Below, in pieces: positions 38,171 through 47,398 of a DNA stretch of 64,000 nucleotides. Each line of letters opens with the position of its first letter. Position 1 is the stretch's first letter. The notes under the pieces were generated by a model. That model did not search any database and was not told the origin of the DNA. It was given only the letters and a program-made list of their open reading frames with translations. The translations under genes and the position numbers were made by a program. Source of the stretch: an uncultured bacterium (GTDB lineage: Bacteria > Verrucomicrobiota > Kiritimatiellia > RFP12 > UBA1067); NCBI GenBank assembly GCA_900547945.1, contig URIT01000003.1, positions 1,406 to 65,405 of the forward strand, given 5' to 3'.

Positions 38171-40693
38171 CTAGAGGATGCGGGTTCGAATAAGCGTCTT
38201 CACGTCAAGGTGCCCGTCGTCGGGCGTGTCATTCGGTGACGAATCGTCCACAGGGGATTCAGCCGACGTTGCGTCCGGAAGAATGTCCTGCATCGACGGC
38301 GATGGAACCACGTCCGTACCGGGACGCGGAGGCGCCGCCAGTGACAGGAACCGCCCGGAAAGGCGATCGCCATCCTCCGTAAAGGGAATCCATTTGGGAT
38401 GCCCCTCGCCATCGTCCAACGCCGCCAGGGCAAATGCATTCCGACCGGTGTCCCCCAGGGCGGCCTCCGTCGCCCACCACACCTCGGACGGGCCGCTCAG
38501 GCTGTCATGCCATTCCGTTGAAAGCCCAAAACCGGAATACTTCAGCGGCAGCAGCGTCGCATCCCAATCCGTCTCGCAGAGATTCCAGCATCGGGCAAAC
38601 CGCCGCTCGTTGTCCACATCCTTGCAGACGCATCCGACGCGGCTTTTCAGAAGGTCCCCATCGTCCTGCCGGATGTTGAAGCGCCCCAACGCGCCCGACG
38701 CATCCAGCGCGTCGTCGCACACGGCATCATACCGTGTTTCGTACTCGCCCGCCGGAGCCTTGGCGACACCGTATTTCTCCCTTTGCTGAAGCGACGGATT
38801 GAAGCGGTGCGCCGCGCGGGCGGCCGAAAACGCGACAAGGTAGCCGTCCGCAACGGGATCGAACGCGGAATAGATCCCCTCCGCCGTTGCCGAAGGCGAT
38901 GCGGCCTCCGGCGAGAATCCATTGAGCAGAACCGACCAGGGGTTGCGCTGCCGACGCGCGAGCCCGACGACGATCGAACCGCCACCCGAATAGTACTTGT
39001 CGTTGAGGATCCACGGCATTGCGACCTCGCCCGTATAATACTCGAACGTGTTCGTATTGCAGATCTCCCAGTCGTCGCCATAGATGCGGGCAAACCCGTT
39101 CGGCTTGGTCGTAACGGAAAGTTGAACCGTTGCACGGGATGTCCACCATTGCGAATCAATTTGGCCCAGATAAATTTTGAGATCGTCAGGGATATCGTCA
39201 GAGATACATGGTGGCCAAAGAAACTGTTCCCTTCCGGAGAAGGGTTCAATCACATACAACTTCTTTTCCTTCGAGCAACAGCTTTTGTACGCCGACCGCG
39301 TGTGTGACTCATATACTGATGGCCCCGAACACCCCTGACAGCCATGTCGGTCACATGTGTGCAGAAACTTGCTGTTAAACCAGTGAAAATGATAATCTTC
39401 ATTTACTGGCCATGGCGAGTAAATACGCACGCAGCGATACGCATACTGTCCCGCACACCATTCATACTCCGCATACGGCGCGACCGTATCGGGGGCCTCC
39501 CGACACTGATCCGGGCAATACGAGCGCGTATTGACGCATGAAGGTCTTGAATCCTCCCTCCCCAACCGCCCGTGGTGTGCGCGATAGGCCGACAGCGGTT
39601 CATCCCCTATACGATTCGCGTTCTTGTAGACCCTGCAGATGCCCAGTGCCCTGTATGACTCCGCCGTGCGTTCGACAAACGCCGCATCGGTTTTTGTTTC
39701 ATCCGCATGGCTGCGGACAAACCACTGGTCCAGCCCCCCGAAGCGCTTGTTCTCGTCACCCGACGGTCCAAAGTAGTCGGCCAGGTTGTCATGGACCTCT
39801 CCATCCGCCATGCTCAGGAAAAGGCGTTCGTCGAGTTCCGTATTGTAGAGGGGCGACATCACATTGCCCGCCACGGCATCCCCCCCCTCCACCTCCACCT
39901 CAATCTCCTCATAGGGGGTAAAGAACGTCGGGCAATGGCAGTAGCCGAAGAAATCATCACGGGCTCGTTCATCCAAATCGCCAGGCGACAGACGCGGAAG
40001 ATTCTGCCGCAACACCGCCATGGCCGTTTGCGGAATCGCCTTGTTCATCTTGCGGGCAACGTCCAGGAGACACCCGTTGTACAGCCTGATGCTTTCCTTG
40101 AACTGGAGGATGAATTGGGGATAGGTCGCCTCGATGTGTTGCATATTCTGGAGCGTCTCCTGAATGACCGAAATCGGAACCGGGGTCTGTGATCCGTTCA
40201 AGCGGACATAATCCGTTCCCGCCCCAGCTACTCCGCAAAACCACCCAATATCCTGAGTTCTCAACGCATCATCGCATTTTCTACAGGCAGGTTTTCCAAA
40301 TCCCCAACTTCCTTTGTCCGTACTCTTAACCCAGTTCTCGCACATGGTCTTATCCTCTGAGAACCGTCCCTCGACGAGCTGAAGCCATTTGTAGGTGAGA
40401 TAGTCGATCTGCATGTTCGTGAGCGTGATATATGTCCACGCCAGCGCGCGGTTGACCATGGCCATCCGGCTCAGGCCGTCGGCCTCCACCAGCGCGGCGG
40501 AATAGGCGGCCGCATCGCATGCGTTCTGGATCTCGATCTTCTGCCGCGCAGTCTCCCCCACCGCGTAGACGCCCGCGCAGAGCACATAGAGAAGCAGCAC
40601 AACCGAGAGCGTGAGCATAAGCGCAACCCCGCTTTCCTCCCGCCGCAGACGGTTCATCTCCGCCTTGAAGATCCTCGCCATTGCGTACATCAT
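38171..40693 (-). CDS. Giant TadG-like pseudopilin (Tad/Flp pilus-assembly TadE/G-like N-terminus), cysteine-rich
   Basis: The N-terminus RREESGVALMLTLSVVLLLYVLCAGVYAVGETARQKIEIQNACDAAAYSAA matches the TadG (PF13400-type) pattern. 840 aa with 27 Cys by my count. The ATG at 40693 (or 40690) overlaps the upstream stop. Confidence 0.8.
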   Translation of the reverse strand: MMYAMARIFKAEMNRLRREESGVALMLTLSVVLLLYVLCAGVYAVGETARQKIEIQNACDAAAYSAALVEADGLSRMAMVNRALAWTYITLTNMQIDYLTYKWLQLVEGRFSEDKTMCENWVKSTDKGSWGFGKPACRKCDDALRTQDIGWFCGVAGAGTDYVRLNGSQTPVPISVIQETLQNMQHIEATYPQFILQFKESIRLYNGCLLDVARKMNKAIPQTAMAVLRQNLPRLSPGDLDERARDDFFGYCHCPTFFTPYEEIEVEVEGGDAVAGNVMSPLYNTELDERLFLSMADGEVHDNLADYFGPSGDENKRFGGLDQWFVRSHADETKTDAAFVERTAESYRALGICRVYKNANRIGDEPLSAYRAHHGRLGREDSRPSCVNTRSYCPDQCREAPDTVAPYAEYEWCAGQYAYRCVRIYSPWPVNEDYHFHWFNSKFLHTCDRHGCQGCSGPSVYESHTRSAYKSCCSKEKKLYVIEPFSGREQFLWPPCISDDIPDDLKIYLGQIDSQWWTSRATVQLSVTTKPNGFARIYGDDWEICNTNTFEYYTGEVAMPWILNDKYYSGGGSIVVGLARRQRNPWSVLLNGFSPEAASPSATAEGIYSAFDPVADGYLVAFSAARAAHRFNPSLQQREKYGVAKAPAGEYETRYDAVCDDALDASGALGRFNIRQDDGDLLKSRVGCVCKDVDNERRFARCWNLCETDWDATLLPLKYSGFGLSTEWHDSLSGPSEVWWATEAALGDTGRNAFALAALDDGEGHPKWIPFTEDGDRLSGRFLSLAAPPRPGTDVVPSPSMQDILPDATSAESPVDDSSPNDTPDDGHLDVKTLIRTRIL

Positions 40694-41439
40694 TGCCCCG
40701 GTCTCCGTGCGTAGCGAACGGTCTTCCACGGCTTGGGCAGCAGGACGACCGACCGCAGGGGAAGGTAGTCAAGCCCCATCGTCCGATGCCGCGCGGCATC
40801 GGCCGCCGCGATCTGGTCCCCATCCGGTTGCCAGCCCGTCGGCTCCCATGTGAAGGTGGTGGACGATGCCGCGCGTGCAACGGCAAGCAACCGCCCGATG
40901 ACGGGGACATGCAGGGGAAAATCAAACTCAACACAGACTTTCACCGCCGGGGCGTCCCATGTTTCCTCGCTCCAGACCTTCTCCCCTTCACGCCCAATGA
41001 TGCGTACCTGGTTCTCGATATGCGAAGAATTCGGGATGGGGGCCATTCCCCCTTCGCCCTTCGGCCACCATCCGGGAACCCCCAAAACCGATCCAGGTGA
41101 ACCGAACGTCCCCTCGTCCCAATCCGGACTTGAACTCACCCAGGCCAATGTGCGGCACGCCGCCTCCCAGCAGGGTCCCTTGGTACGGAAGAAATCGCCC
41201 TCGCCCCGTTCATTCATCTCGCGATACTCGCCCGGATGGTAGACAAGCGCGGCACGTGCGGCGTTGAAGGCCGCATAATGGGTCATGATCTGCGCATACC
41301 AGATCAACGCGAACTGAACGACCGCGAAAATCAACAAGGTCAGAAGCGGAAGGACGAGGACGCACTCCGTCAGAACCGTACCACGACGGGAGATCCGGGC
41401 CAAGCAGGCAACGGCAAGTCTGGGCAACGGTGTTCTCAT
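40690..41439 (-). CDS. TadE-like pseudopilin
   Basis: SRRGTVLTECVLVLPLLTLLIFAVVQFALIW is the TadE-like motif. The ATG at 41439 overlaps the peptidase stop as ATGA. Confidence 0.8.
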   Translation of the reverse strand: MRTPLPRLAVACLARISRRGTVLTECVLVLPLLTLLIFAVVQFALIWYAQIMTHYAAFNAARAALVYHPGEYREMNERGEGDFFRTKGPCWEAACRTLAWVSSSPDWDEGTFGSPGSVLGVPGWWPKGEGGMAPIPNSSHIENQVRIIGREGEKVWSEETWDAPAVKVCVEFDFPLHVPVIGRLLAVARAASSTTFTWEPTGWQPDGDQIAAADAARHRTMGLDYLPLRSVVLLPKPWKTVRYARRPGQ

Positions 41440-41978
41440 GCACGTGTGGCAAAGACTTCAAAGGCCAAAGTGATCCACGTCCCGGCGGCGATGGCGACGC
41501 CGAAGGGGACGCGGCACCGCTCGCTCGACTTCGGCGGCAGGGCAGCCCTCCCCGCCGCGCGGTCGTACCGCCAGTCGAAGACCGAACGCAGGACATGCTT
41601 CAGCCGCCGCGCATCGGCAAGGCCCACGAGAAGCAGGACGAGCATCAGCGCCAGCCCCGCAAGGGAGGTGAAGAGGATCACCTGGGCGGAACGCCCGAGC
41701 CCGACCGCGCAGCCGACCGCAAAGAGCATCTTGACGTCGCCGCCTCCCGCCGCGCGCAGGATGAACGGCAACAGGAGGAAGAGCCCGCAGACGATCCCGC
41801 CCAGCGCCCCGGCGTTGCCGAGAGCCCATCCTCCCGCCCCGTAGCGTGCCGCAAGCGCGACGACCGCCGCGCCGAGGGTCAGCACGTTGGGCAGACGCCG
41901 CCAGCGGCAATCCTGGTAGCAGAGGATTGCCAGCCACGGCGTCAACGCGACGAAGAGGATGAGGGCGGGAGACATCAT
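41436..41978 (-). CDS. cpaA: A24-family prepilin peptidase (CpaA/TadV type)
   Basis: 180-aa polytopic protein. The two catalytic Asp contexts are YQDCRWRRLPN and GGGDVKML. Confidence 0.88.
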   Translation of the reverse strand: MMSPALILFVALTPWLAILCYQDCRWRRLPNVLTLGAAVVALAARYGAGGWALGNAGALGGIVCGLFLLLPFILRAAGGGDVKMLFAVGCAVGLGRSAQVILFTSLAGLALMLVLLLVGLADARRLKHVLRSVFDWRYDRAAGRAALPPKSSERCRVPFGVAIAAGTWITLAFEVFATRA

Positions 41979-41997
41979 GCGTGGACGCTCGGTACGA

Positions 41998-42315
41998 TCA
42001 TTGGCCCATGCCCGTCACGGTTCCTTGGTTGGCCTCTCCTGTACTTACGGCAGCATCACGATTTCCACGCCCCTCCTCGACCGAAGAAGGCGCCTCTCCG
42101 GGATTGAAGATCGCCGTCGACATCGTCTTGAAGGCCGAACCGATCGTGCCGCCGAACGCGACGACGAGGCCGACGACGGCCGCGACGATCAGAACGCCGA
42201 GGACGACATACTCCATCATCACGGCGCCGGCCGTGTCTCCGGCGAGGCGGCAGAGAAAGCGGCCGAACGCCGTCCGCTTCGCGCGCGCAAGGCGCATCTT
42301 CATTTTCGTATCCAT
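41998..42315 (-). CDS. flp: Flp-family type IVb pilin with an unusually long hydrophilic C-terminal tail
   Basis: The ATG at 42315 follows a strong SD AAGGAGAA. The sequence is MDTKMKMRLARAKRTAFGRFLCRLAGDTAG/AVMMEYVVLGVLIVAAVVGLVVAF (G / xxxxEY processing motif), then a polar tail of about 45 aa. Confidence 0.8.
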   Translation of the reverse strand: MDTKMKMRLARAKRTAFGRFLCRLAGDTAGAVMMEYVVLGVLIVAAVVGLVVAFGGTIGSAFKTMSTAIFNPGEAPSSVEEGRGNRDAAVSTGEANQGTVTGMGQ

Positions 42316-42338
42316 GTGTTGTTCTCCTTTTCGTATGA

Positions 42339-42354
42339 TGCGGAACGTTCCGCA
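42339..42354 (-). promoter_or_regulatory. Perfect 16-bp palindrome TGCGGAACGTTCCGCA between the two Flp genes
   Basis: Read directly. It lies 14 nt after the flp-2 stop and 24 nt before the flp-1 ATG, immediately upstream of its SD. Confidence 0.6.
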
Positions 42355-42367
42355 GGTGTGAAATGCG

Positions 42368-42580
42368 TCAGGGGATTGGCAGGGCGATGCCGGACTGCAC
42401 CCGCTGGAACATCGCCTGGATCCCCTTCCCGACCGTCCCGGTCCATTCGTTCTTCGACGGGTCGAAGATCTCCTGCTGCCAGAACAGGACGAGCGGCACG
42501 GCGATGGCCAGGTTGACGACGACATACTCCATCAGCACGGAGCCGCGCGTTCCGCAGAGGCGCCTGATTCCGTCTTTCAT
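42368..42580 (-). CDS. Flp-like minor pilin (70 aa)
   Basis: MKDGIRRLCGTRG/SVLMEYVVVNLAIAVPLVLFW. The ATG at 42580 overlaps the upstream stop as ATGA. Confidence 0.7.
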   Translation of the reverse strand: MKDGIRRLCGTRGSVLMEYVVVNLAIAVPLVLFWQQEIFDPSKNEWTGTVGKGIQAMFQRVQSGIALPIP

Positions 42581-45015
42581 CTGGCACGTTCCTTCCGCTT
42601 CGCTTCCTGGTCCCACCAGGCGTTGACGTTGTACAGTCCCGGGATGCCGATCTTCAGGATCTGGGGGCGTACCTCGGTCACGCAGTCGGGGTTGGCGTCG
42701 ATCTTCGCCTTGAGCGCCGCGAGGACGGCCTTGAGGCCCGCCAGGTCCCGTCTCAGTTCCGCGCCGGCCTCGGCGCCGAGCCGGCCGTTCGTGTCCAAGG
42801 CCCATGCCAGCCCCCGCGCGATGATGCACGAACGCCGGTCGTCCGATTCGCGGTTCCACCAGGCGTCGATCAGAAGCTCGCGCTTCTCCTGCAGGGAGAT
42901 TACCATGTCCGCAACCGCGCGCAGGCGGTTCCCGTCCGGCGCATCGACGGTGAGGAGGTAGGCGATGTCCGCGTTGTCCAGGAAGCGCAGGAACTGGTCC
43001 GCCTGGCGGTAGAACCTCAACGCCTCGACCAGAACGGGTTCCCCCCGCACCTCCCCGTACGCGGCATGGTAGTCCCGGTCGACGTCAAATGACTTGAGGT
43101 AGTCCGCAAACGCCTCGATCCCCAGCACCTCGTCGTATTTCCCCACGCATTCCGTGCGCGACGACTTGGGGCGGCGCCCGCGGAGCGAATCGCAGGCGAA
43201 GACCTTCTCGCATGTCCCGGCATCGAGCAGGGGCGCGACGGCGGCGGGGGTCTTCCCCGATTCCAGGTTCCACTTCCCGAGGCGCGCGAGCTGATCGCGC
43301 ATCGCCTCGCGCACGTCATCGTTGAGCCGGCGGTTCGCGGCCGCCATCAGACGCCGGAGTTCGCCCAGCTGCGGCATGAGCGAACACTGCTGGTCGGAGG
43401 GGAACGGCAGGTCCTCCCGCATCGCGTCGTAGCGGCAGGAGACGAGATACACGAGATTGCTGTTCAGGACGGCCTGCGCCTCGCCGAACCGCGCCAGGAC
43501 GGGGATAAACTCGTCGCACGCCTCCGAGACGATCCGGGGGGCGGCGAAATTGCGTCCCTCCTTCTTTGCGGCCTGCGCGCGCCGGACCTCGCGTTCCTGT
43601 GCCCGTCTGCCGATGTCCTCCAGTTTCCGCACGGTCTGCGGAAACGTTCCGGCTAGTTGGACGGCCGTCTTCAGGTCCGCCTCCTCGGGAACCCTGATCG
43701 CCGCGAGAAGCGCCGCGACTTCCCCCAGGTCGGCGATGAGCGCCTTCAGCTCGGTGCGCTGCTCCTCCATGTCCGCACGGAGCTTCCCGGTCGGCAGGCT
43801 TGCCGTCCACTGGGGATCCGCCAGCGTCCTCTCGACCGCCGCGAGGCGCGCGACCAGCGCCTCCCGTTCGTGGCCGCGTTCGCTTTCGCGGAAGTCGCCG
43901 CGAATCGCGCTTCGAGCCGTCAGGAACACGTCGACGAGGTCCTTCATCAGGCGGGCCTCCCGCTTCATGGTCTGCGCCGTCGTCGTGTTCCAGCCCCACT
44001 TCTCGACGTTGGCGTTCAGGAGCGAACCGAGCTTCGTGCTCGCGTCGATCCAGAAACGGCGGACGAAGTCCTCCTTTGCGGACCGCCAGACCTCCAGGGT
44101 GTTCCGCCAGATCAGCAGTTCGCCGCGCTTCCGCTCGATCTCGTCGCGGTAGTAGTCCGCGCCGCGCGCCGAAAGCGCCTGGTCCAGGGCCGCCGTGGCA
44201 CGCGCGAAGTTCTCGCGGGATTCCCATTCACACGCTTCGGCGAGCTTCGCCTTGGCGGACGGGAAGATCGTCTGCACGGCAAAATAGCCCGTTCCCACAA
44301 CGGCCGCCGTGATGAGCGCCACGCAGAGCTTCAGCAGCAGACGGCTGCGGGTGGGGTCGACGGTCCGGTCCCAGAACCGGAACTGGACATCCGCGACCGA
44401 GATAACGTCCCGATGTCGCAGCATCCGCTTCGCCTTCTTCAGCGGCACGCCGTTGACCGTCGTGCCGTTGCGGCTCCCCAGGTCCTGAATCCAGCACGAG
44501 TCGTCCTGTTCGTGCTGGATTTCGGCATGACGCTTCGAGACAAGGACACTCGAACAGAGAATCCCGTCCGCAACGGCCGAGCCGATGGGCAGGACGGCCG
44601 ATGTGATGTCGCAGAACGTCCCCGCCTTCTCGCCGTTCAACCATTCAAGCCGGTGGTACGGGAGGATCCGCGCCGCATTCCGCTCGTCGATCCGCTCGAC
44701 GGTCAGGCGGCATTGCCCGAGGCTGACGGACATCCCCGCCTCCAGCCGCCGTTCGGACACCTTCCGCCCCAGCACGAACAGGCCGTTGCGGCTGCCCAGG
44801 TCGCGGATCCACGCATGCCCGTGCCGTACCGTGATTTCCGCATGCGTCTTGCTCACCGACGTTTCCTCGGCGGGTACCTGCCAGGCGCACCCCGGCTGGC
44901 GACCGATCACAAGCGGAAGCTGGAGGTCTTCAAGGCGTCCCTCATGCACGACCTGGTCGTTGCGCTCAAGGCGGATCATCAGGGAATGGTCCTTCAGGCG
45001 TGTCGAACGGGTCAT
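42577..45015 (-). CDS. Membrane protein with two N-terminal FHA domains and a large C-terminal region of unknown family (812 aa)
   Basis: FHA1: VIGRQPGCAWQV...SVSKTHAEI...DLGSRNGLFV. FHA2: ...SKRHAEI...DLGSRNGTTVNG. TM segment: LLLKLCVALITAAVVGTGYFAV. Confidence 0.85.
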   Translation of the reverse strand: MTRSTRLKDHSLMIRLERNDQVVHEGRLEDLQLPLVIGRQPGCAWQVPAEETSVSKTHAEITVRHGHAWIRDLGSRNGLFVLGRKVSERRLEAGMSVSLGQCRLTVERIDERNAARILPYHRLEWLNGEKAGTFCDITSAVLPIGSAVADGILCSSVLVSKRHAEIQHEQDDSCWIQDLGSRNGTTVNGVPLKKAKRMLRHRDVISVADVQFRFWDRTVDPTRSRLLLKLCVALITAAVVGTGYFAVQTIFPSAKAKLAEACEWESRENFARATAALDQALSARGADYYRDEIERKRGELLIWRNTLEVWRSAKEDFVRRFWIDASTKLGSLLNANVEKWGWNTTTAQTMKREARLMKDLVDVFLTARSAIRGDFRESERGHEREALVARLAAVERTLADPQWTASLPTGKLRADMEEQRTELKALIADLGEVAALLAAIRVPEEADLKTAVQLAGTFPQTVRKLEDIGRRAQEREVRRAQAAKKEGRNFAAPRIVSEACDEFIPVLARFGEAQAVLNSNLVYLVSCRYDAMREDLPFPSDQQCSLMPQLGELRRLMAAANRRLNDDVREAMRDQLARLGKWNLESGKTPAAVAPLLDAGTCEKVFACDSLRGRRPKSSRTECVGKYDEVLGIEAFADYLKSFDVDRDYHAAYGEVRGEPVLVEALRFYRQADQFLRFLDNADIAYLLTVDAPDGNRLRAVADMVISLQEKRELLIDAWWNRESDDRRSCIIARGLAWALDTNGRLGAEAGAELRRDLAGLKAVLAALKAKIDANPDCVTEVRPQILKIGIPGLYNVNAWWDQEAKRKERAR

Positions 45016-45016
45016 A

Positions 45017-46501
45017 TCACCACGCCCCCTTCTTCAGCAGTCCGTTACGCCGGTCGTCGGGCGACGAGAAGACCTTCAGCGCGCTTTCAAGCACGCGCCG
45101 GCACCCGGCCTTGTCCCGGACGCGGTTCGCCTGGTACCAGGCGACCTTGAACTGGCGGTATTCGTGCTTCTGGTTCGCACGCAGTTCGCGGAGCATGGCC
45201 AACAGGCGTTCCGCCTCCTCGCCGTGTCCGCCGCAGGCAATGAGCGCGCTCTGCAAGAGGAATTCGGTTTCCTGCCAGAGAATCGGCGATTTGCGCGCCA
45301 AAAGGCCGGCCGCCTCGTCCTTCAGGACCTTCACGGATGCGGCACGCGCGTCCGGGCGCCCCTCCCAGTGTCCGTCAATCTCCTTGGCGTTGACGCGCAG
45401 AAGCTTCTCAAGCGCGACAAGGGTGGCGCCCCGCCACTGCTCGACCGCCGGAATCTCGCGCGTGAGCGTCAGCACGCAGTCCCCATGCACGGCAAACAGG
45501 GCATGCCCGAACCACTGCATGGATTCCGCGCCGCGCTTTTCCGTACGGAGGAACTGGACGTCGAAATACGGCAGGCCGCTGTTCCCCCCCAGAAACGCGG
45601 GGGGCGAGACGGACTGGAAATTCCAGCCGTCGCGTTCCTCGCGCGCGCGCCGCCACGCATCGAAAAGCTGATGCCGGTTGCGATGCAGGTTGCCGGCGCT
45701 CTGCATACAGCGGAAGACGATGCGGAAATCGACATCGCGCCTGCGCCCGATCCGCGTCTGGATCTCCGTCGTGCCGTCTTCGCCCGTCCGCACCCTGAAC
45801 TGGGGGCTGCCCGGACAATCCGCCCAGAAGGCATCCGTCCCAAACGGCGTCGGCAAATCGACGGACCGGATGTCGTACTTCCCGGACGCCGTAAGCGGCC
45901 ACGTGAGGGTCTTTTCCGGGCGCTGCCGCACCTGGACCGTGTAGTAGGCCGCCGCCACGCCCAGGAAGAGTCCCACGAACAGCATCACCTTCACAAGGAG
46001 GCGCCGTCCGCGCTTCCGCGCGCCGCCGGCAATCAGCTTGGCTATCTCCTCCGGGCTCACGAGCTGGGTCTGCAGGAACTGCGTCTCGTTCAAGTCGGGG
46101 GCCGGAGAGGGTTCGGTCGTTCCCTCCTCCGGGGCACCGGGGGCGGGGATGCTCGTCTCGCCCGCCGCATCGGGCAGAACGGTCTCGGACGAGGCGGCGG
46201 GGGCATCGACGAGAAGCTGGAACGCCGTCGTGCCGCCGATCTTCACCGGGACGCCGGGAGGAAGCGAGACGCGGTTGTTTTCAGGGATCTCCGTCAACCC
46301 GACGGCGGTGCGGTGCCGGCTCAGGTTCACGAGCGACACGCCCCCGTCGGCGACCTCGAGCGCGACATGCCGCCCCGAGACGTCGGGCGCCGGCACCACG
46401 ATGCCGCACTGGCGCGAACGGCCGACAACCGTCGTCCCGGACGGAAGCGGGAACGCCCGCCCAACCAATGCCCCTTCCGTGAACTGGATCCGCACGGCCA
46501 T
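45017..46501 (-). CDS. Membrane protein with an N-terminal (degenerate) FHA domain (494 aa)
   Basis: The ATG at 46501 overlaps the TadC stop by 1 nt. FHA-like segment: TTVVGRSRQCGIVVPAPDVSGRHVAL. TM segment: LLVKVMLFVGLFLGVAAAYY. Confidence 0.8.
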   Translation of the reverse strand: MAVRIQFTEGALVGRAFPLPSGTTVVGRSRQCGIVVPAPDVSGRHVALEVADGGVSLVNLSRHRTAVGLTEIPENNRVSLPPGVPVKIGGTTAFQLLVDAPAASSETVLPDAAGETSIPAPGAPEEGTTEPSPAPDLNETQFLQTQLVSPEEIAKLIAGGARKRGRRLLVKVMLFVGLFLGVAAAYYTVQVRQRPEKTLTWPLTASGKYDIRSVDLPTPFGTDAFWADCPGSPQFRVRTGEDGTTEIQTRIGRRRDVDFRIVFRCMQSAGNLHRNRHQLFDAWRRAREERDGWNFQSVSPPAFLGGNSGLPYFDVQFLRTEKRGAESMQWFGHALFAVHGDCVLTLTREIPAVEQWRGATLVALEKLLRVNAKEIDGHWEGRPDARAASVKVLKDEAAGLLARKSPILWQETEFLLQSALIACGGHGEEAERLLAMLRELRANQKHEYRQFKVAWYQANRVRDKAGCRRVLESALKVFSSPDDRRNGLLKKGAW

Positions 46502-47397
46502 CAAAGTCCCCCCCTCGACGCCTTGAACTTGAGCCAGACCGGCACGCCGATGATGGTAAACACCGCCGGTAGGATGAAGACCGCGATCGGGAAGATCATG
46601 ATCGACGGCGCGCGCGCCGCCTTGCGCTCGGCAATGTTGAAACGGGCCCGGCGCATGTCCTCGCCCTGGATGCGCAGCGTCTCGACGATGGACGCGCCGA
46701 TCTCCGTGCCGTGCGCAACCGCCCCGACGAACGCCGAGAACTCCTGCGTCTGCACATGCGTCGCCATCTCTCCCAGCGCCTCCATGCGACTCTTGCCGAA
46801 TTCCATCTGCCTGAGCAGCAGGCCGAATTCAACCGCCAGCGCCCCCTTGCCGCCGGCGCCGACATAGTAGCGGACCGCCGCCGAGAAATCGAGCCCCGCC
46901 CGCATGGCCGAGGCGATGAGGTCGATCGCGAACGGCAGCGCGCGGATGATCTCAGTCTGCCGTTCATCCGCCCGCTTTTGCACCAGCATCAGCGGATAGA
47001 CCCATCCGAGGAACGCGCCCACACAGCCAAGGCCGACCGCGAGCGGTGCCTGTGCGCTCGGCAGGAAGAAGCCAAAACAGAAGCACACCGCCCCGGCACA
47101 GGCGCCGAAGACCTGCCCGGCCAGCACGTCCGTCTCCGTGAGGTTCCAGCCCGATTTGAGGACCGTGTTCCGGTAGGACTTCGCCAGCGCGGGGAAATCC
47201 TCCGTAAACGCATCGCCGAGCGCCAACGAGATGGCCTCGATGAAGCGTGCGGAGACACGGTAGAAGAGGGGGAGGGACGACGCGCCCCCGCGTGTGGCCG
47301 CCTTTCGGGGCGTGCCCAGCCAAAGGGAGGCGGCAAGATACGGAATCAGGACCGAGAGAAAGACGAGCGGATAGGTCCAGAAGGAGATTTCGTCCAT
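46501..47397 (-). CDS. tadC: Type II secretion system F-family platform protein (TadC-like)
   Basis: T2SSF-type segment LPFAIDLIASAMRAGLDFSAAV...; 298 aa from the ATG at 47397, which lies 1 nt after the TadB stop (the track start at 47418 is TTG). Confidence 0.85.
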   Translation of the reverse strand: MDEISFWTYPLVFLSVLIPYLAASLWLGTPRKAATRGGASSLPLFYRVSARFIEAISLALGDAFTEDFPALAKSYRNTVLKSGWNLTETDVLAGQVFGACAGAVCFCFGFFLPSAQAPLAVGLGCVGAFLGWVYPLMLVQKRADERQTEIIRALPFAIDLIASAMRAGLDFSAAVRYYVGAGGKGALAVEFGLLLRQMEFGKSRMEALGEMATHVQTQEFSAFVGAVAHGTEIGASIVETLRIQGEDMRRARFNIAERKAARAPSIMIFPIAVFILPAVFTIIGVPVWLKFKASRGGL

Positions 47398-47398
47398 A

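Noticed and set aside
38172-38192. GGGTTCGAATAAGC, which resembles a tRNA T-arm (GGTTCGAATCC).
   Set aside because: It lies at the 3' end of the TadG-like coding sequence (encoding ...RTRIL*). No acceptor, D or anticodon arms can be drawn around it.
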